Assembly: GCA_047616865.1 (NCBI GenBank)
Contig: JBLGBO010000009.1
Span: forward strand, 72,076-136,075
DNA: 64,000 bases
Origin: Oleispira sp.
Lineage (GTDB): Bacteria; Pseudomonadota; Gammaproteobacteria; Pseudomonadales; Oceanobacteraceae
Direction of reading: 5' to 3'
This document shows, piece by piece, positions 20,287-29,948 of the stretch. The number at the start of each line of letters is the position of its first letter. Position 1 is the stretch's first letter. Under the pieces are notes generated by a model. The model searched no databases and was not told the DNA's origin. It saw nothing but the letters and a program-made list of their open reading frames with translations. The position numbers and the translations under genes are program-made.

Positions 20287-21444
20287 CTATTTGCGCTTTT
20301 TAGGTAAAATATCCATGTATTTACAAATAATGCCGATCATAATTTCATCTGCACCACCACCGATAGACGCCAAGCGATTATCACGATAAAAACGTGAAAC
20401 CACGTTATCCCACATAAAGCCCATACCACCCCAATACTGAATACAGCTATCGGCCACTTCACGCACCAGACGACCTGATTTCAATTTCGCCATGGAGGCT
20501 AAGCGCGTCATATCTTCTTTATTCAAATACCCTTCACATGCTTGATAAACCATGCAACGCAGTGCTTCAATTTCTGTTTGCAGTTCGGCCATACGGAAAT
20601 GAATTACTTGATTATTAATCAGCGGCTGGCCAAACGTTTCACGCTCACGACAATAGGCAATCGTGGTATCAACACAAATTTCCATCGATTTTAATGACAT
20701 GGCTGCAACGTACATACGTTCTTCTTGGAACTGCATCATTTGCATCATGAAGCCAGCCCCTTCACTGCCAATTAGGTTTTTCTGTGGCACTCGCACATTG
20801 TCGAAAAATACCTGCGCGGTATCAGAAGAGCGCATACCGAGTTTGTCGAGTTTATCCGAAAGACTTACGCCCGCTAAATTCATCGGCACAACAATTAATG
20901 ATTTATTTTTATGCGCCTTATCGTCAGAGGTATTGGCTAATAAACAAATAAAATCGGCTTGAGTGGAGTTAGTAATCCACATTTTTGTACCATTGATGAT
21001 GTAATCATCGCCATCTTTTACCGCCGTCGTTTTAATCGCAGCAACATCAGATCCTGCACCTGGCTCACTCACGCCAATACATGCCACCATGTCACCGGCA
21101 ACCGCAGGTGCTAAAAAGGTTTCTTTAATATAGTCACTGCCAAAGCGAGCCAGCGCAGGCGTCGCCATACAGGTCTGCACGCCAATCGCCATGGGAACAC
21201 CACCACAGATAATGCCGCCAAATTCTTCCGCTGCCGCCATCTCATAAGAAAAGTCTAACCCCATTCCACCAGCAGACTCAGGCTTAGAAATACCCAACAA
21301 CCCCAAGTCGCCCATTTTCTTGAACAGTTCTTTTGCCGGGAAAATACCGTCTTTTTCCCACTGTTCTATATGAGGATTAATTTCGTTTTCTACGAAGTTA
21401 CGGACGGTTCTTTTAATTTCTTTATGTTCTTGAGTCAGAATCAT
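20287..21444 (-). CDS. acyl-CoA dehydrogenase (citronellyl-CoA/isovaleryl-CoA dehydrogenase type)
   Basis: 385 aa with ACAD-family motifs and a C-terminal YRDNRLASIGGGADEIM. Confidence 0.9.
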   Translation of the reverse strand: MILTQEHKEIKRTVRNFVENEINPHIEQWEKDGIFPAKELFKKMGDLGLLGISKPESAGGMGLDFSYEMAAAEEFGGIICGGVPMAIGVQTCMATPALARFGSDYIKETFLAPAVAGDMVACIGVSEPGAGSDVAAIKTTAVKDGDDYIINGTKMWITNSTQADFICLLANTSDDKAHKNKSLIVVPMNLAGVSLSDKLDKLGMRSSDTAQVFFDNVRVPQKNLIGSEGAGFMMQMMQFQEERMYVAAMSLKSMEICVDTTIAYCRERETFGQPLINNQVIHFRMAELQTEIEALRCMVYQACEGYLNKEDMTRLASMAKLKSGRLVREVADSCIQYWGGMGFMWDNVVSRFYRDNRLASIGGGADEIMIGIICKYMDILPKKRK

Positions 21445-21535
21445 TTTATTATTCCTATTCTTTTAATCTTTAATTTTATAATTTCGTACGCGTTGCTTTA
21501 ATTCTACAACGCCGTAATTCAAATTTCTGGCACAC

Positions 21536-21649
21536 TCTGCATGAGGTAGCTCGTTCTTCGCCACGCCGTGAATACGCCGCTTCGCTCTCCCTGTAGGCTC
21601 TCCGCAGCTCCCTGCTGCAGAAGGGCTTCAAACGAGCCACCTCATGCAT
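21536..21649. repeat. MITE-like palindromic repeat, family 1 (core gccgtgaatacgccgcttcgctctccctgtaggctc)
   Basis: Outer inverted repeat gcatgaggtagctcgtt / aacgagccacctcatgc encloses a core shared with copies at 21778-21871 and 50217-50323. Confidence 0.55.
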
Positions 21650-21777
21650 CGCCTCTAATATCGTTTTTTATTCAAAGCCTTCAATAATCTAAATTTGACG
21701 GCTTGTTGGTATTTTTATATTTTAAAATTAAATTCTGAATTTAAAATTTTATTGCTGTCAGCTTTCGCGTATCGGTA

Positions 21778-21871
21778 TTGGGTATGTCGTTTAAGGCCGT
21801 TAGATCCCAGGGATGGGATCTCCGAGCCTACATGGACGTATTCACGGCGTGCCGCCTAACGACATACCCAA
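21778..21871. repeat. MITE-like palindromic repeat, family 1 (inverted orientation)
   Basis: Outer inverted repeat ttgggtatgtcgtt / aacgacatacccaa. The reverse-complement core is ggcggcacgccgtgaatacg...gtaggctc, plus the palindrome gatcccagggatgggatc. Confidence 0.55.
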
Positions 21872-21931
21872 TATCGATAGCAAGCGAAAGCGATTAAAAA
21901 ACCAAAACCGTCGAACGCTCTTTATAGAATA

Positions 21932-23548
21932 TTAAAACCGCGATACACCAAAACTATTCCCCTGAAGACAGCGATGCTTCTCTTCATCACACATGTCTAA
22001 TAGCATCACCAACAACTTGCGCGTATCGCGTGGATCGATTAAACCGTCATCCCAGATTCGAGCCGTACCAAACAACGCAGTAGAACCTGCTTCTAACTTC
22101 GCCGCTGTCATCTGCTCAATCTGATCAAGCATCTTCTCGTCTGGTACCTGACCCATTTTCAGCTGTTTCTCTTCCGTCACAATGCGTAAAACTTTACCCG
22201 CCTGCGCACCACCCATCACCGCCGTCTTGCTATTTGGCCAAGCAAAAATAAATCTTGGATCCAAACCACGACCACACATTGCATAATTACCCGCACCGTA
22301 AGAACCACCAATCACAATTGAAATCTTAGGCACGCGCGCATTGGCAACCGACTGCAGCATTTTAGAACCGTGCTTAATGATGCCGCTCTTCTCAGACTCA
22401 GTACCCACCATAAAACCCGTGGTATTATGCAAAAACAAAAGAGACACCTGGTTCTGATCACACAGCTGAATAAACTGCGCCGCTTTATTTGCGCCCTTCG
22501 CCGTAATAGGACCATTGTTACCAATAATACCCACCGCATGACCAGCAACTTTAATAAATCCGCACACCGTTTGAATATCAAAATCTGGCTTAAAATCTTG
22601 AAACTCAGAGCCATCCGCAATGCGCGCAACCACTTCACGCACATCGTAAGGTTTCTTAGAATCACAAGGGACAACCCCTAATAATTCATCAGCACTATAA
22701 AGCGGTTCCTCATAAACCTTTTCTGTACGCGGAGATACTTGATCATTCCACGGCAGGCCAGCCATCACTTCACGAGCAATGCGCACACCATCGGCATCAT
22801 CTTCCGCTAAATAATCCGCCGTACCCGCTTCATAAGCATGTAGCTCAGCGCCGCCTAATTCTTCATCGGTCGCGATCTCGCCCGTCGCTGCTTTTAACAA
22901 AGGCGGCCCGGCTAAAAACATCTTTGTTTTATTACGCACCGCAATAATGAAATCAGAAAGACCCGGTTGATAAGCACCACCCGCCGTGGCATTACCATGC
23001 ACCACCGTAATCTGTGGAATACCCGCCGCGGATAAACGCGCTTGATTGGCAAACGCCTGCGCACCCGGAACAAAAACATCCGTCGCGTACTGCAAGTTTG
23101 CTCCACCCGATTCTGCCAAGGTCACAATCGGCAATTTATTTGCGCGCGCGATTTCTTGAATGCGTAAGGTTTTATCCAAGCCAGCAGGAGAAATAGTACC
23201 GCCTTTAATAGCGCTATTATTCACCTGAATCATGCAACGGCTACCCGCCACATAACCGATGCCAGCAATAATGCCACCCCCTGCGCTGCTGCCGTCTTTA
23301 TCATCATGCATCTTCAAACCGGCAAGGGAACACAACTCTAAAAAGTTAGAGCCGCCATCCAATAAAAGATTTAAACGTTCACGAGGTAATAGTTTTCCGC
23401 GCTGACGAAATTTTTCTTTTGCTTCTTCAGCTTTCACTAATACTTTTTCTTCAACCGCACGAAACTCATCAATCGCCAGCTGCATTGCGGCACAATTATT
23501 GGCAAAGTCTTCGCTAAGGGTTTCGATTTCTGACGTTAAAATAGCCAT
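21932..23548 (-). CDS. acyl-CoA carboxylase beta subunit (carboxyltransferase; geranyl-CoA/methylcrotonyl-CoA carboxylase type)
   Basis: 538-aa carboxyltransferase-domain protein in the AtuC/LiuB position. Confidence 0.9.
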   Translation of the reverse strand: MAILTSEIETLSEDFANNCAAMQLAIDEFRAVEEKVLVKAEEAKEKFRQRGKLLPRERLNLLLDGGSNFLELCSLAGLKMHDDKDGSSAGGGIIAGIGYVAGSRCMIQVNNSAIKGGTISPAGLDKTLRIQEIARANKLPIVTLAESGGANLQYATDVFVPGAQAFANQARLSAAGIPQITVVHGNATAGGAYQPGLSDFIIAVRNKTKMFLAGPPLLKAATGEIATDEELGGAELHAYEAGTADYLAEDDADGVRIAREVMAGLPWNDQVSPRTEKVYEEPLYSADELLGVVPCDSKKPYDVREVVARIADGSEFQDFKPDFDIQTVCGFIKVAGHAVGIIGNNGPITAKGANKAAQFIQLCDQNQVSLLFLHNTTGFMVGTESEKSGIIKHGSKMLQSVANARVPKISIVIGGSYGAGNYAMCGRGLDPRFIFAWPNSKTAVMGGAQAGKVLRIVTEEKQLKMGQVPDEKMLDQIEQMTAAKLEAGSTALFGTARIWDDGLIDPRDTRKLLVMLLDMCDEEKHRCLQGNSFGVSRF

Positions 23549-25422
23549 TATACTTTTGCCTCTTCTTTGCTCGCGCAGCTACCTTTACCGATACTGCCAA
23601 TAAGTTCTTGGTACTCTTCTTCCGCCTGCCTTGCCATGTTGGCAGGAACTGAAATCGGCATATCCAACAACTGCTGCGCCATCGCTTTACCTTGAGGGTC
23701 GATGCGCAAACTGGCGATACCACCTCCCCCCAGCGCTTGTTCCAGCATTAAGTTAAAAGCATTAAGTCCTGGCAGTGAATACAATTTCACATCGCTGTTT
23801 TCATTCATAATATGTGCAAGATATTGACGAATTTTTTCTGGCTGTACTGCGTGCTGAATATAAGGAAGATAAGCAGGATCACGGGCAAGAATACCCACAT
23901 TGCAATGGTCGCCCTTATCACCACTACGCGCCATAGCCAGATTAATTAACGACGTGGTTGCATCGCAAGCAGCAAGATTAATGTCCACTGCACCATCAAG
24001 TAACGCGCTTGATGCCTGCTCAAAATCTTCTAATGATTCACCTTGCGCAATCGCCACGGCAGAAGTTTGATCATTAACGTTATAACAAACGTCAATTTGA
24101 TCTTTAGGCCATAAGAACGAAAATAAACGAATCATCGGGCTGGGTTTAGGACGACCACCGACTAAGCCTGTTAAACCAGGAGCCATCGCCGTCGCGGCTT
24201 GGGCAATTTCACGAGCAAAAATAGCCAACGCTTTTTTATCTTGATGATGCGCCGCAATTTTAACCACGACTTCACGATTATCTAAAGCACGAGTGTGCGC
24301 GCCATACGTTGTTTCACTACCAAGGACTTCAATATCTGTCGCAGTAAAATCTTCCAGTCCCATGGCTTGGAAAATAACACTCACGCGCTCAATAATACTT
24401 TCTGCAACACGCTGACCTTTTGCGACCGCTTCACGACCACCTATCATAAAAGACGCATTACAGCGGAAGCCATCCATATACGTTGCGCTGACTTTATAAT
24501 GATCCGAGGGTGCACGACCTTTGGCACCCGAAACTAAAACATGATCATCATCTAACTGCTCGACTTTTACTGCAGTAAAATCGCACGTCACATCCGGCAG
24601 TAAATATTGTGAAGGGTCACCAATTTCATACAAAATTTGCTCGCCCACAGTCCCTTCAGAAATTAATCCACCGGTACCTTCTGGCTTACTCACCACAAAC
24701 GAACCGTCAGCCACACACTCAACAATCGGGAAGCCCATATTGGCATAACCCGCTTCCACTAATTGCCAGTCGGTGAAATTTCCACCGGTGCATTGCGCGC
24801 CACATTCAATCACGTGACCTGCAAGTGAACCTTGAGCTAATTGATCGTAATCTGTTTCAGACCAATCAAACTCATGCATTAATGGCCCAAGCACAACGGC
24901 GCTATCCACCACACGGCCAGTAATCACAATATCCGCACCGGCGTTTAACGCATCACGCACCGAACTTGCACCCAAATAACTATTAATACTTAAACACTGC
25001 TCGGGAAATTCCTCCCCCGAAAACATTTCAACCACCCCGGCATCGGCAAATTTTTGCTGACGCTTAACCAGATTGTCGCCCTCAACCGCAGCGACTGTTA
25101 AATCAATACCGGCCTTATCAATGGCTGCCTGCAAAGCGGCGACACAACTTCGAACATTCACACCGCCGGCGTTACTCACTACTTTGATGCCTTGCTCAGC
25201 AATCGGTTTAAGCAAACGCTCTAAGGTCATGACAAAATCGGGAGCAAAACCCGCATCAGGATTTTTCATGCGCGCGCCTGCCATAATCGACATCGTCACT
25301 TCAGCTAGATAATCAAATACCAAATAATCGATCTGGCCTTGCGTCACTAATTGCTGCGCGGCCATCGAGGTATCACCCCAAAACGCCGATGCACAACCAA
25401 TACGTACTTTCTTCTCTGTCAT
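23548..25422 (-). CDS. AtuA-like DUF1446-family protein (acyclic terpene utilisation protein A family)
   Basis: 624 aa, first gene of the operon, divergent from a TetR regulator. Its size and N-terminus resemble AtuA. Its stop overlaps the start of the carboxyltransferase gene. Confidence 0.7.
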   Translation of the reverse strand: MTEKKVRIGCASAFWGDTSMAAQQLVTQGQIDYLVFDYLAEVTMSIMAGARMKNPDAGFAPDFVMTLERLLKPIAEQGIKVVSNAGGVNVRSCVAALQAAIDKAGIDLTVAAVEGDNLVKRQQKFADAGVVEMFSGEEFPEQCLSINSYLGASSVRDALNAGADIVITGRVVDSAVVLGPLMHEFDWSETDYDQLAQGSLAGHVIECGAQCTGGNFTDWQLVEAGYANMGFPIVECVADGSFVVSKPEGTGGLISEGTVGEQILYEIGDPSQYLLPDVTCDFTAVKVEQLDDDHVLVSGAKGRAPSDHYKVSATYMDGFRCNASFMIGGREAVAKGQRVAESIIERVSVIFQAMGLEDFTATDIEVLGSETTYGAHTRALDNREVVVKIAAHHQDKKALAIFAREIAQAATAMAPGLTGLVGGRPKPSPMIRLFSFLWPKDQIDVCYNVNDQTSAVAIAQGESLEDFEQASSALLDGAVDINLAACDATTSLINLAMARSGDKGDHCNVGILARDPAYLPYIQHAVQPEKIRQYLAHIMNENSDVKLYSLPGLNAFNLMLEQALGGGGIASLRIDPQGKAMAQQLLDMPISVPANMARQAEEEYQELIGSIGKGSCASKEEAKV

Positions 25423-25468
25423 ATTCAGACCCTAAAAGACACACGAATAATTTCAATGACTGAAGAGT

Positions 25469-25486
25469 ACCAAGCAAGCGCTTGGT
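25469..25486. promoter_or_regulatory. candidate TetR (AtuR-like) operator palindrome in the divergent promoter region
   Basis: ACCAAGC-aagc-GCTTGGT contains the perfect 10-bp palindrome caagcgcttg (25475-25484). It lies between the divergent atuA-like and tetR genes. Confidence 0.3.
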
Positions 25487-25569
25487 TTGTAAAGTATCTG
25501 ATTCAATGGTATCTATATAATCAACGTACAAATGACAGCACACTACCCAGTATTGAGTACTTTTAACCT

Positions 25570-26199
25570 ATGGCCAAAAACATAATTCAGCCTTCCCCCA
25601 CTCATCAAGCATTGATCGATCAGGGCATCATCAACGCGCCAGACAGCGCTAAAGGTCGTTTATTACGGGCCGCCGCGATACTGTTTAAAGAAAAGGGTTA
25701 TGAACGCACAACCGTAAGAGATTTAGGCAAAGCCGTTGGCATTCAGTCGGGTAGCTTGTTTCATCATTACCCCAACAAAGAAGCCATCTTGCACGCGGTT
25801 ATGGAAGAAACCATCTTGCTCAATACCGAGCTAATGAAAGCTGCATTATCAAAAAGTCAAAAACCGGAAGATAAAGTACTGGCGCTGATTCAATGCGAAC
25901 TTGAATCCGTAATGGGGGAAACCGGAGCAGCGATGACAGTATTGGTGTATGAATGGCGTTCGCTCAACGAAGCCAGTCAGCAGCATATTTTGAAGCTACG
26001 CGACATTTATGAAGGTCTATGGATCAGCGCATTAACCGCCGCAAAAGAGTCAGGTTCGGTGGTGATAGACCCCTTCGTATTACGACGCTTATTGACCGGC
26101 GCATTGAGCTGGACCGTCAACTGGTATCGCCAAGAAGGCGATTTAACCATCGACCAACTCGCCCAAATGGCCCTTAGTCTCGCCATAAAGCCGCTTTAG
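25570..26199 (+). CDS. TetR/AcrR-family transcriptional repressor (AtuR/LiuR-like)
   Basis: HTH region TTVRDLGKAVGIQSGSLFHHYPNKEAIL. 209 aa, divergent from the catabolic operon. Confidence 0.85.
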   Translation: MAKNIIQPSPTHQALIDQGIINAPDSAKGRLLRAAAILFKEKGYERTTVRDLGKAVGIQSGSLFHHYPNKEAILHAVMEETILLNTELMKAALSKSQKPEDKVLALIQCELESVMGETGAAMTVLVYEWRSLNEASQQHILKLRDIYEGLWISALTAAKESGSVVIDPFVLRRLLTGALSWTVNWYRQEGDLTIDQLAQMALSLAIKPL

Positions 26200-26305
26200 G
26201 CCGTCCAACCCTATAAATATTTACAAATAAGCCATTGAATTTACTGGGGTTTTTGTTAACTTAGGCACGAATAAGCAAAGAGCCGTGAATATCCTTAATT
26301 GCCTG

Positions 26306-26334
26306 TTGACAATATAGGCGCTACTCAGGATAAT
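26306..26334 (+). promoter_or_regulatory. sigma70 promoter of rpsT
   Basis: TTGACA (26306-26311), 17-bp spacer, GATAAT (26329-26334), 44 bp upstream of the rpsT start. Confidence 0.6.
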
Positions 26335-26378
26335 TCACGCCCTTATTTTCAAGTTAATAATTCCCAAAGGAGCCGACT

Positions 26379-26648
26379 ATGGCAAATTCCGCTGGATCGA
26401 AAAAACGCGCACGCCAGGCTGTAGTACGTCGCTCTCGTAACGTAAGCCTTCGTTCTATGGTTCGTACTTACATTAAGAAAGTACAAGTTGCCATTGATGC
26501 AAACAACTATGAAGATGCACAAGTTGCATTGACTAATGCTATGCCATACATCGACAAGATGGTTACTAAAGGCATTTTGCACAAGAACAAAGCTGCTCGT
26601 ACTAAGAGCCGTTTAAATGCTGCAGTTTTTGCTGTTAAAGCAGCTTAA
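26379..26648 (+). CDS. rpsT: 30S ribosomal protein S20
   Basis: MANSAGSKKRARQAVVRRSRN... is the canonical S20 sequence. Confidence 0.95.
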   Translation: MANSAGSKKRARQAVVRRSRNVSLRSMVRTYIKKVQVAIDANNYEDAQVALTNAMPYIDKMVTKGILHKNKAARTKSRLNAAVFAVKAA

Positions 26649-26707
26649 TTGCTAAGCATTTAAATTAAGACCAAGCTCTCTCAGCGGAGGGAGCTTAGGA
26701 CTTAAAC

Positions 26708-26737
26708 AAAAAAACCAGCTTCGGCTGGTTTTTTTGT
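26708..26737 (+). terminator. rho-independent terminator of rpsT
   Basis: ccagc-ttcg-gctgg hairpin followed by ttttttt. Confidence 0.75.
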
Positions 26738-26809
26738 GCCTGCGATTTAGCCAAATCTGTGTAGAATAAACACCAATAACACATCAATTGGCGCTTAAAG
26801 TGATACACC

Positions 26810-28498
26810 ATGGATCCCTATAAAGATATCTGCACGACTCCACTAGAAATGCTTTACCAGTGGAATGAACAAGTCCCCAATCGAGTCTTCCTACGCCAGC
26901 CAGTGAATGGCCAATACAAAACCTATACATGGGCCCAAGTGAACGACCAAGCGCGCCGCTTGGCCTCTGCTCTACTCGCTCAAGGCTTAACGAAAGGCGA
27001 TCGCGTCGCTATTTTGTCCAAAAACTGTGCCGAATGGTTTATCAGTGATTATGCCATTCAACTAGCCGGCCTCATCAGCGTGCCACTCTACCCAATGCAA
27101 ACCCCTGATGCTCTAGAGTATGTGCTGAAACACAGCGACTCTAAAGTGATCATTATCGGTAAGCTAGACGGTGCGAAAACAATGGAAGCGGGTATTCCTG
27201 AAGATATCATTCGCATTGCGATGCCTTACGATATGGAGATGCGTATTGATAAATCGTGGGATAGCCTACTTAATCGCGCAGAACCTAGCACTGCAAGCCC
27301 TGTGCATCCGATGACTGATTTAATGACCATTATTTATACCTCAGGTACCACCGGCAATCCTAAAGGCGTAATGCATACTTATCGCAGCTTTAGCTTCGGT
27401 GCACAAAATGCGACTCGAGTATTGAAAATTAATAAAAACGATCGCTACTTATCCTTTTTACCACTCTCACATATTGCCGAACGCTTCATGGTACTCGGCT
27501 GTTCCACTTACGGTTGCAGCGACGTATCTTTCGTAGAATCTTTAGATACCTTTGGTGAAAATCTACAAACGACACGACCTACATTATTATTTGCAGTACC
27601 TAGAATTTGGCAAAAATTTCAGCAAAAAGTGAACAGTAAATTACCGCAGAAAAAGTTATCAAAATTACTGCGTATACCACTGATTAATAAACTGATTCGC
27701 AAGAAAATTCAAAGAGGTATGGGGCTGGATAAGTCACGCTTATTAATTTCAGGCGCTTCTCCCATCGCCCGAGATTTATTGCAATGGTACAAAGACATAG
27801 GCTTCGAAATTAACGAAGGTTATGGCATGACAGAAAATCTAGCGTACGGGCCAGCGTTAAACCTGCCCGGCGCTGTAAAAATAGGCACTGTCGGTTCAAT
27901 TACCGCAATGCCAAATACTGAAATAAAAATAACCGACGAGGGGGAGATTATCACCCGCTCTCCCACACTCATGACAGGCTATTATTTAGAACCCGAAAAA
28001 ACGGCAGAAACCATTCGTGATGGCTGGCTGCATACCGGTGACAGAGGCGAGATTGATAGCGAAGGTTATCTAACCATTACAGGGCGCATTAAAGACGTTT
28101 TTAAAACCAGTAAAGGAAAGTTTGTTCAGCCGAATAAAATTGAATGTTTATTACAGCATAATCCGTTAGTTGAACAGGTGTGTGTTTTAGGTTCGGGCGC
28201 ACCACAACCAGTATGTTTAATTGAACTGTCAGAAGAAGGGAAAGCGCTGGCACAAGAAAAAAAGCAAGCACTTGAATTGCACTTTATAGAAATTCTAAAA
28301 CAAGTAAACCAAGAAGTTGAGCATCACGAAATGCTCGATCGTCTATTTATCATTGCAGATGCTTGGACCACAGAGAATGGCTTATTAACCCCGACTATGA
28401 AGATCAAGCGCAACATAATAGAAAAGTACTATACGTCGTTATGCAATGAACACATAACCGATAAAAATAAAATCATTTGGGCGACGACTCAACTATAA
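26810..28498 (+). CDS. AMP-dependent acyl-CoA synthetase (long-chain fatty acid--CoA ligase type; AtuH-like position)
   Basis: AMP-binding motif IYTSGTTGNPKGV. 562 aa. Confidence 0.85.
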   Translation: MDPYKDICTTPLEMLYQWNEQVPNRVFLRQPVNGQYKTYTWAQVNDQARRLASALLAQGLTKGDRVAILSKNCAEWFISDYAIQLAGLISVPLYPMQTPDALEYVLKHSDSKVIIIGKLDGAKTMEAGIPEDIIRIAMPYDMEMRIDKSWDSLLNRAEPSTASPVHPMTDLMTIIYTSGTTGNPKGVMHTYRSFSFGAQNATRVLKINKNDRYLSFLPLSHIAERFMVLGCSTYGCSDVSFVESLDTFGENLQTTRPTLLFAVPRIWQKFQQKVNSKLPQKKLSKLLRIPLINKLIRKKIQRGMGLDKSRLLISGASPIARDLLQWYKDIGFEINEGYGMTENLAYGPALNLPGAVKIGTVGSITAMPNTEIKITDEGEIITRSPTLMTGYYLEPEKTAETIRDGWLHTGDRGEIDSEGYLTITGRIKDVFKTSKGKFVQPNKIECLLQHNPLVEQVCVLGSGAPQPVCLIELSEEGKALAQEKKQALELHFIEILKQVNQEVEHHEMLDRLFIIADAWTTENGLLTPTMKIKRNIIEKYYTSLCNEHITDKNKIIWATTQL

Positions 28499-28510
28499 AA
28501 TTTTATATAT

Positions 28511-28604
28511 TTTCTCCGTGAAGCGAAGCCTCCGTGCTCTCCGTGGTAAACTTTTTTGTCTAACTACAAGCAACAACGTTTACCACGAAGAACACGAAGA
28601 AAAG
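28511..28604. repeat. palindromic MITE-like intergenic repeat (family 2 copy)
   Basis: Arms ttctccgtgaagcgaagcctccgtgctctccgtggtaaac / gtttaccacgaagaacacgaagaaaag, related to 16301-16461. Confidence 0.45.
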
Positions 28605-28627
28605 CCTAAGATTATCATTTAAAAACG

Positions 28628-28828
28628 TTAGCCTTGCTCTCGCAAAGTAGTAACAACCTCGCCACCAATGCCCCAATTATCAGTATTCACTTCATCGATC
28701 ACCACAACCGTCGTCGCTGGGTTTTTATTTAATACATCCACCAAAAGCTGCGTTACCCCAGCAATCAATTGAGCTTTCTGTTCTCGGGTTACTTGCTCGT
28801 CGGTAATTTTAATATTGACATAAGGCAT
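28628..28828 (-). CDS. 4-oxalocrotonate tautomerase family protein
   Basis: MPYVNIKIT... has the hallmark Pro1 of the tautomerase superfamily. About 66 aa. Confidence 0.75.
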   Translation of the reverse strand: MPYVNIKITDEQVTREQKAQLIAGVTQLLVDVLNKNPATTVVVIDEVNTDNWGIGGEVVTTLREQG

Positions 28829-28853
28829 ATTCATTCCTCAACTTTAAAAGTTA

Positions 28854-29846
28854 TTAATTAGCATCTAACGATTTTTTTAACGTATTTCTACGTTCAATAT
28901 AGCGACTATGAGCAAGCCAAGCGCCAAGGCTGACCAAGACTAGACCCATGATCAACTCAACAGTAATCAACTCGTTAAATATTACGATGGCCGCTAGCCC
29001 AGAGATCACTGGGACGATCGACATCACAGCGCCCATGTTTGACGGCCCAATTTTTTGCACCGCTTTAACATAAAAAATCATCTGCACGATCGTCGCCATC
29101 ACACCTTGATAAAATGCCTGCAATAGAATATCCGTCCAACTTGCAGCGGATAATCCTTTGGGTAAAAAAACGATATAAACTGGCAAATAAAATAAGCACG
29201 TCAGCAATGCCAAACTCACCGTGACTTGCCACGGAGTGATCTGCCAACGCTTAATTAATACTGAAAATACCGCCCAAAAAAATGCCGCCGCAACCAACCA
29301 ACCATCGCCTAATAAAGTAGTAACATTGAATGTTATCGCACCATTAAATACGCCCAGTTCACCGGCAAATAAAACAACAATACCCAAGGTGATCACACCG
29401 ATGCCTAACCACTTCTGCGCACTATGGGATTCTTTATTAATTAAAAAGGATAAAACAATAATAAAAAGCGGCATCATACCCGGTAATAAAATGGCAGCAT
29501 GAGAAGCCGATGACCATTGAAAACCACTAAAGGCACACAAAGCATAAGCTAAGCCTCCGACCAAACTGCAAATAATTAAACGCGGCGTGAATAACGTAAA
29601 TCGATACTTAAACCACCAGATTGGCAACAGAATACTCGCACACGTCGCATAGCGAATCGCAATCACATCAAACGCCAACAGCTCACTGATTCCTCCCATG
29701 CGTGATACTAGAATAAACCCAGCCCAAATAAGAGCTGCCGCAAGGGCAAAACCATAGCCCTTCTGTAAATCACTCAAGCCCTGATCATGCGAAGCATGAT
29801 TCTGTATTGCTTTCATTACTCTCTTCATTGCTCTCTCATTACCCAT
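28854..29846 (-). CDS. DMT-superfamily (EamA-like) transporter
   Basis: 10-TM hydrophobic profile with duplicated EamA-like halves. The true start may be an internal Met. Confidence 0.75.
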   Translation of the reverse strand: MGNERAMKRVMKAIQNHASHDQGLSDLQKGYGFALAAALIWAGFILVSRMGGISELLAFDVIAIRYATCASILLPIWWFKYRFTLFTPRLIICSLVGGLAYALCAFSGFQWSSASHAAILLPGMMPLFIIVLSFLINKESHSAQKWLGIGVITLGIVVLFAGELGVFNGAITFNVTTLLGDGWLVAAAFFWAVFSVLIKRWQITPWQVTVSLALLTCLFYLPVYIVFLPKGLSAASWTDILLQAFYQGVMATIVQMIFYVKAVQKIGPSNMGAVMSIVPVISGLAAIVIFNELITVELIMGLVLVSLGAWLAHSRYIERRNTLKKSLDAN

Positions 29847-29948
29847 ACCTAGCGCTTCTGCTACCTAGCATAACAATAGCGCGCTTTATCATTCTTTAAA
29901 AATGAATAATAATGAATACATCGTTCACAAATAATGATTGAGATTAAC

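Noticed and set aside
22312-22681. ORFs 22312-22674 (-) and 22370-22681 (+) of 103-120 aa
   Set aside because: They lie entirely inside the carboxyltransferase gene in other frames or antisense and have an Arg/Leu-rich low-complexity composition typical of shadow ORFs.
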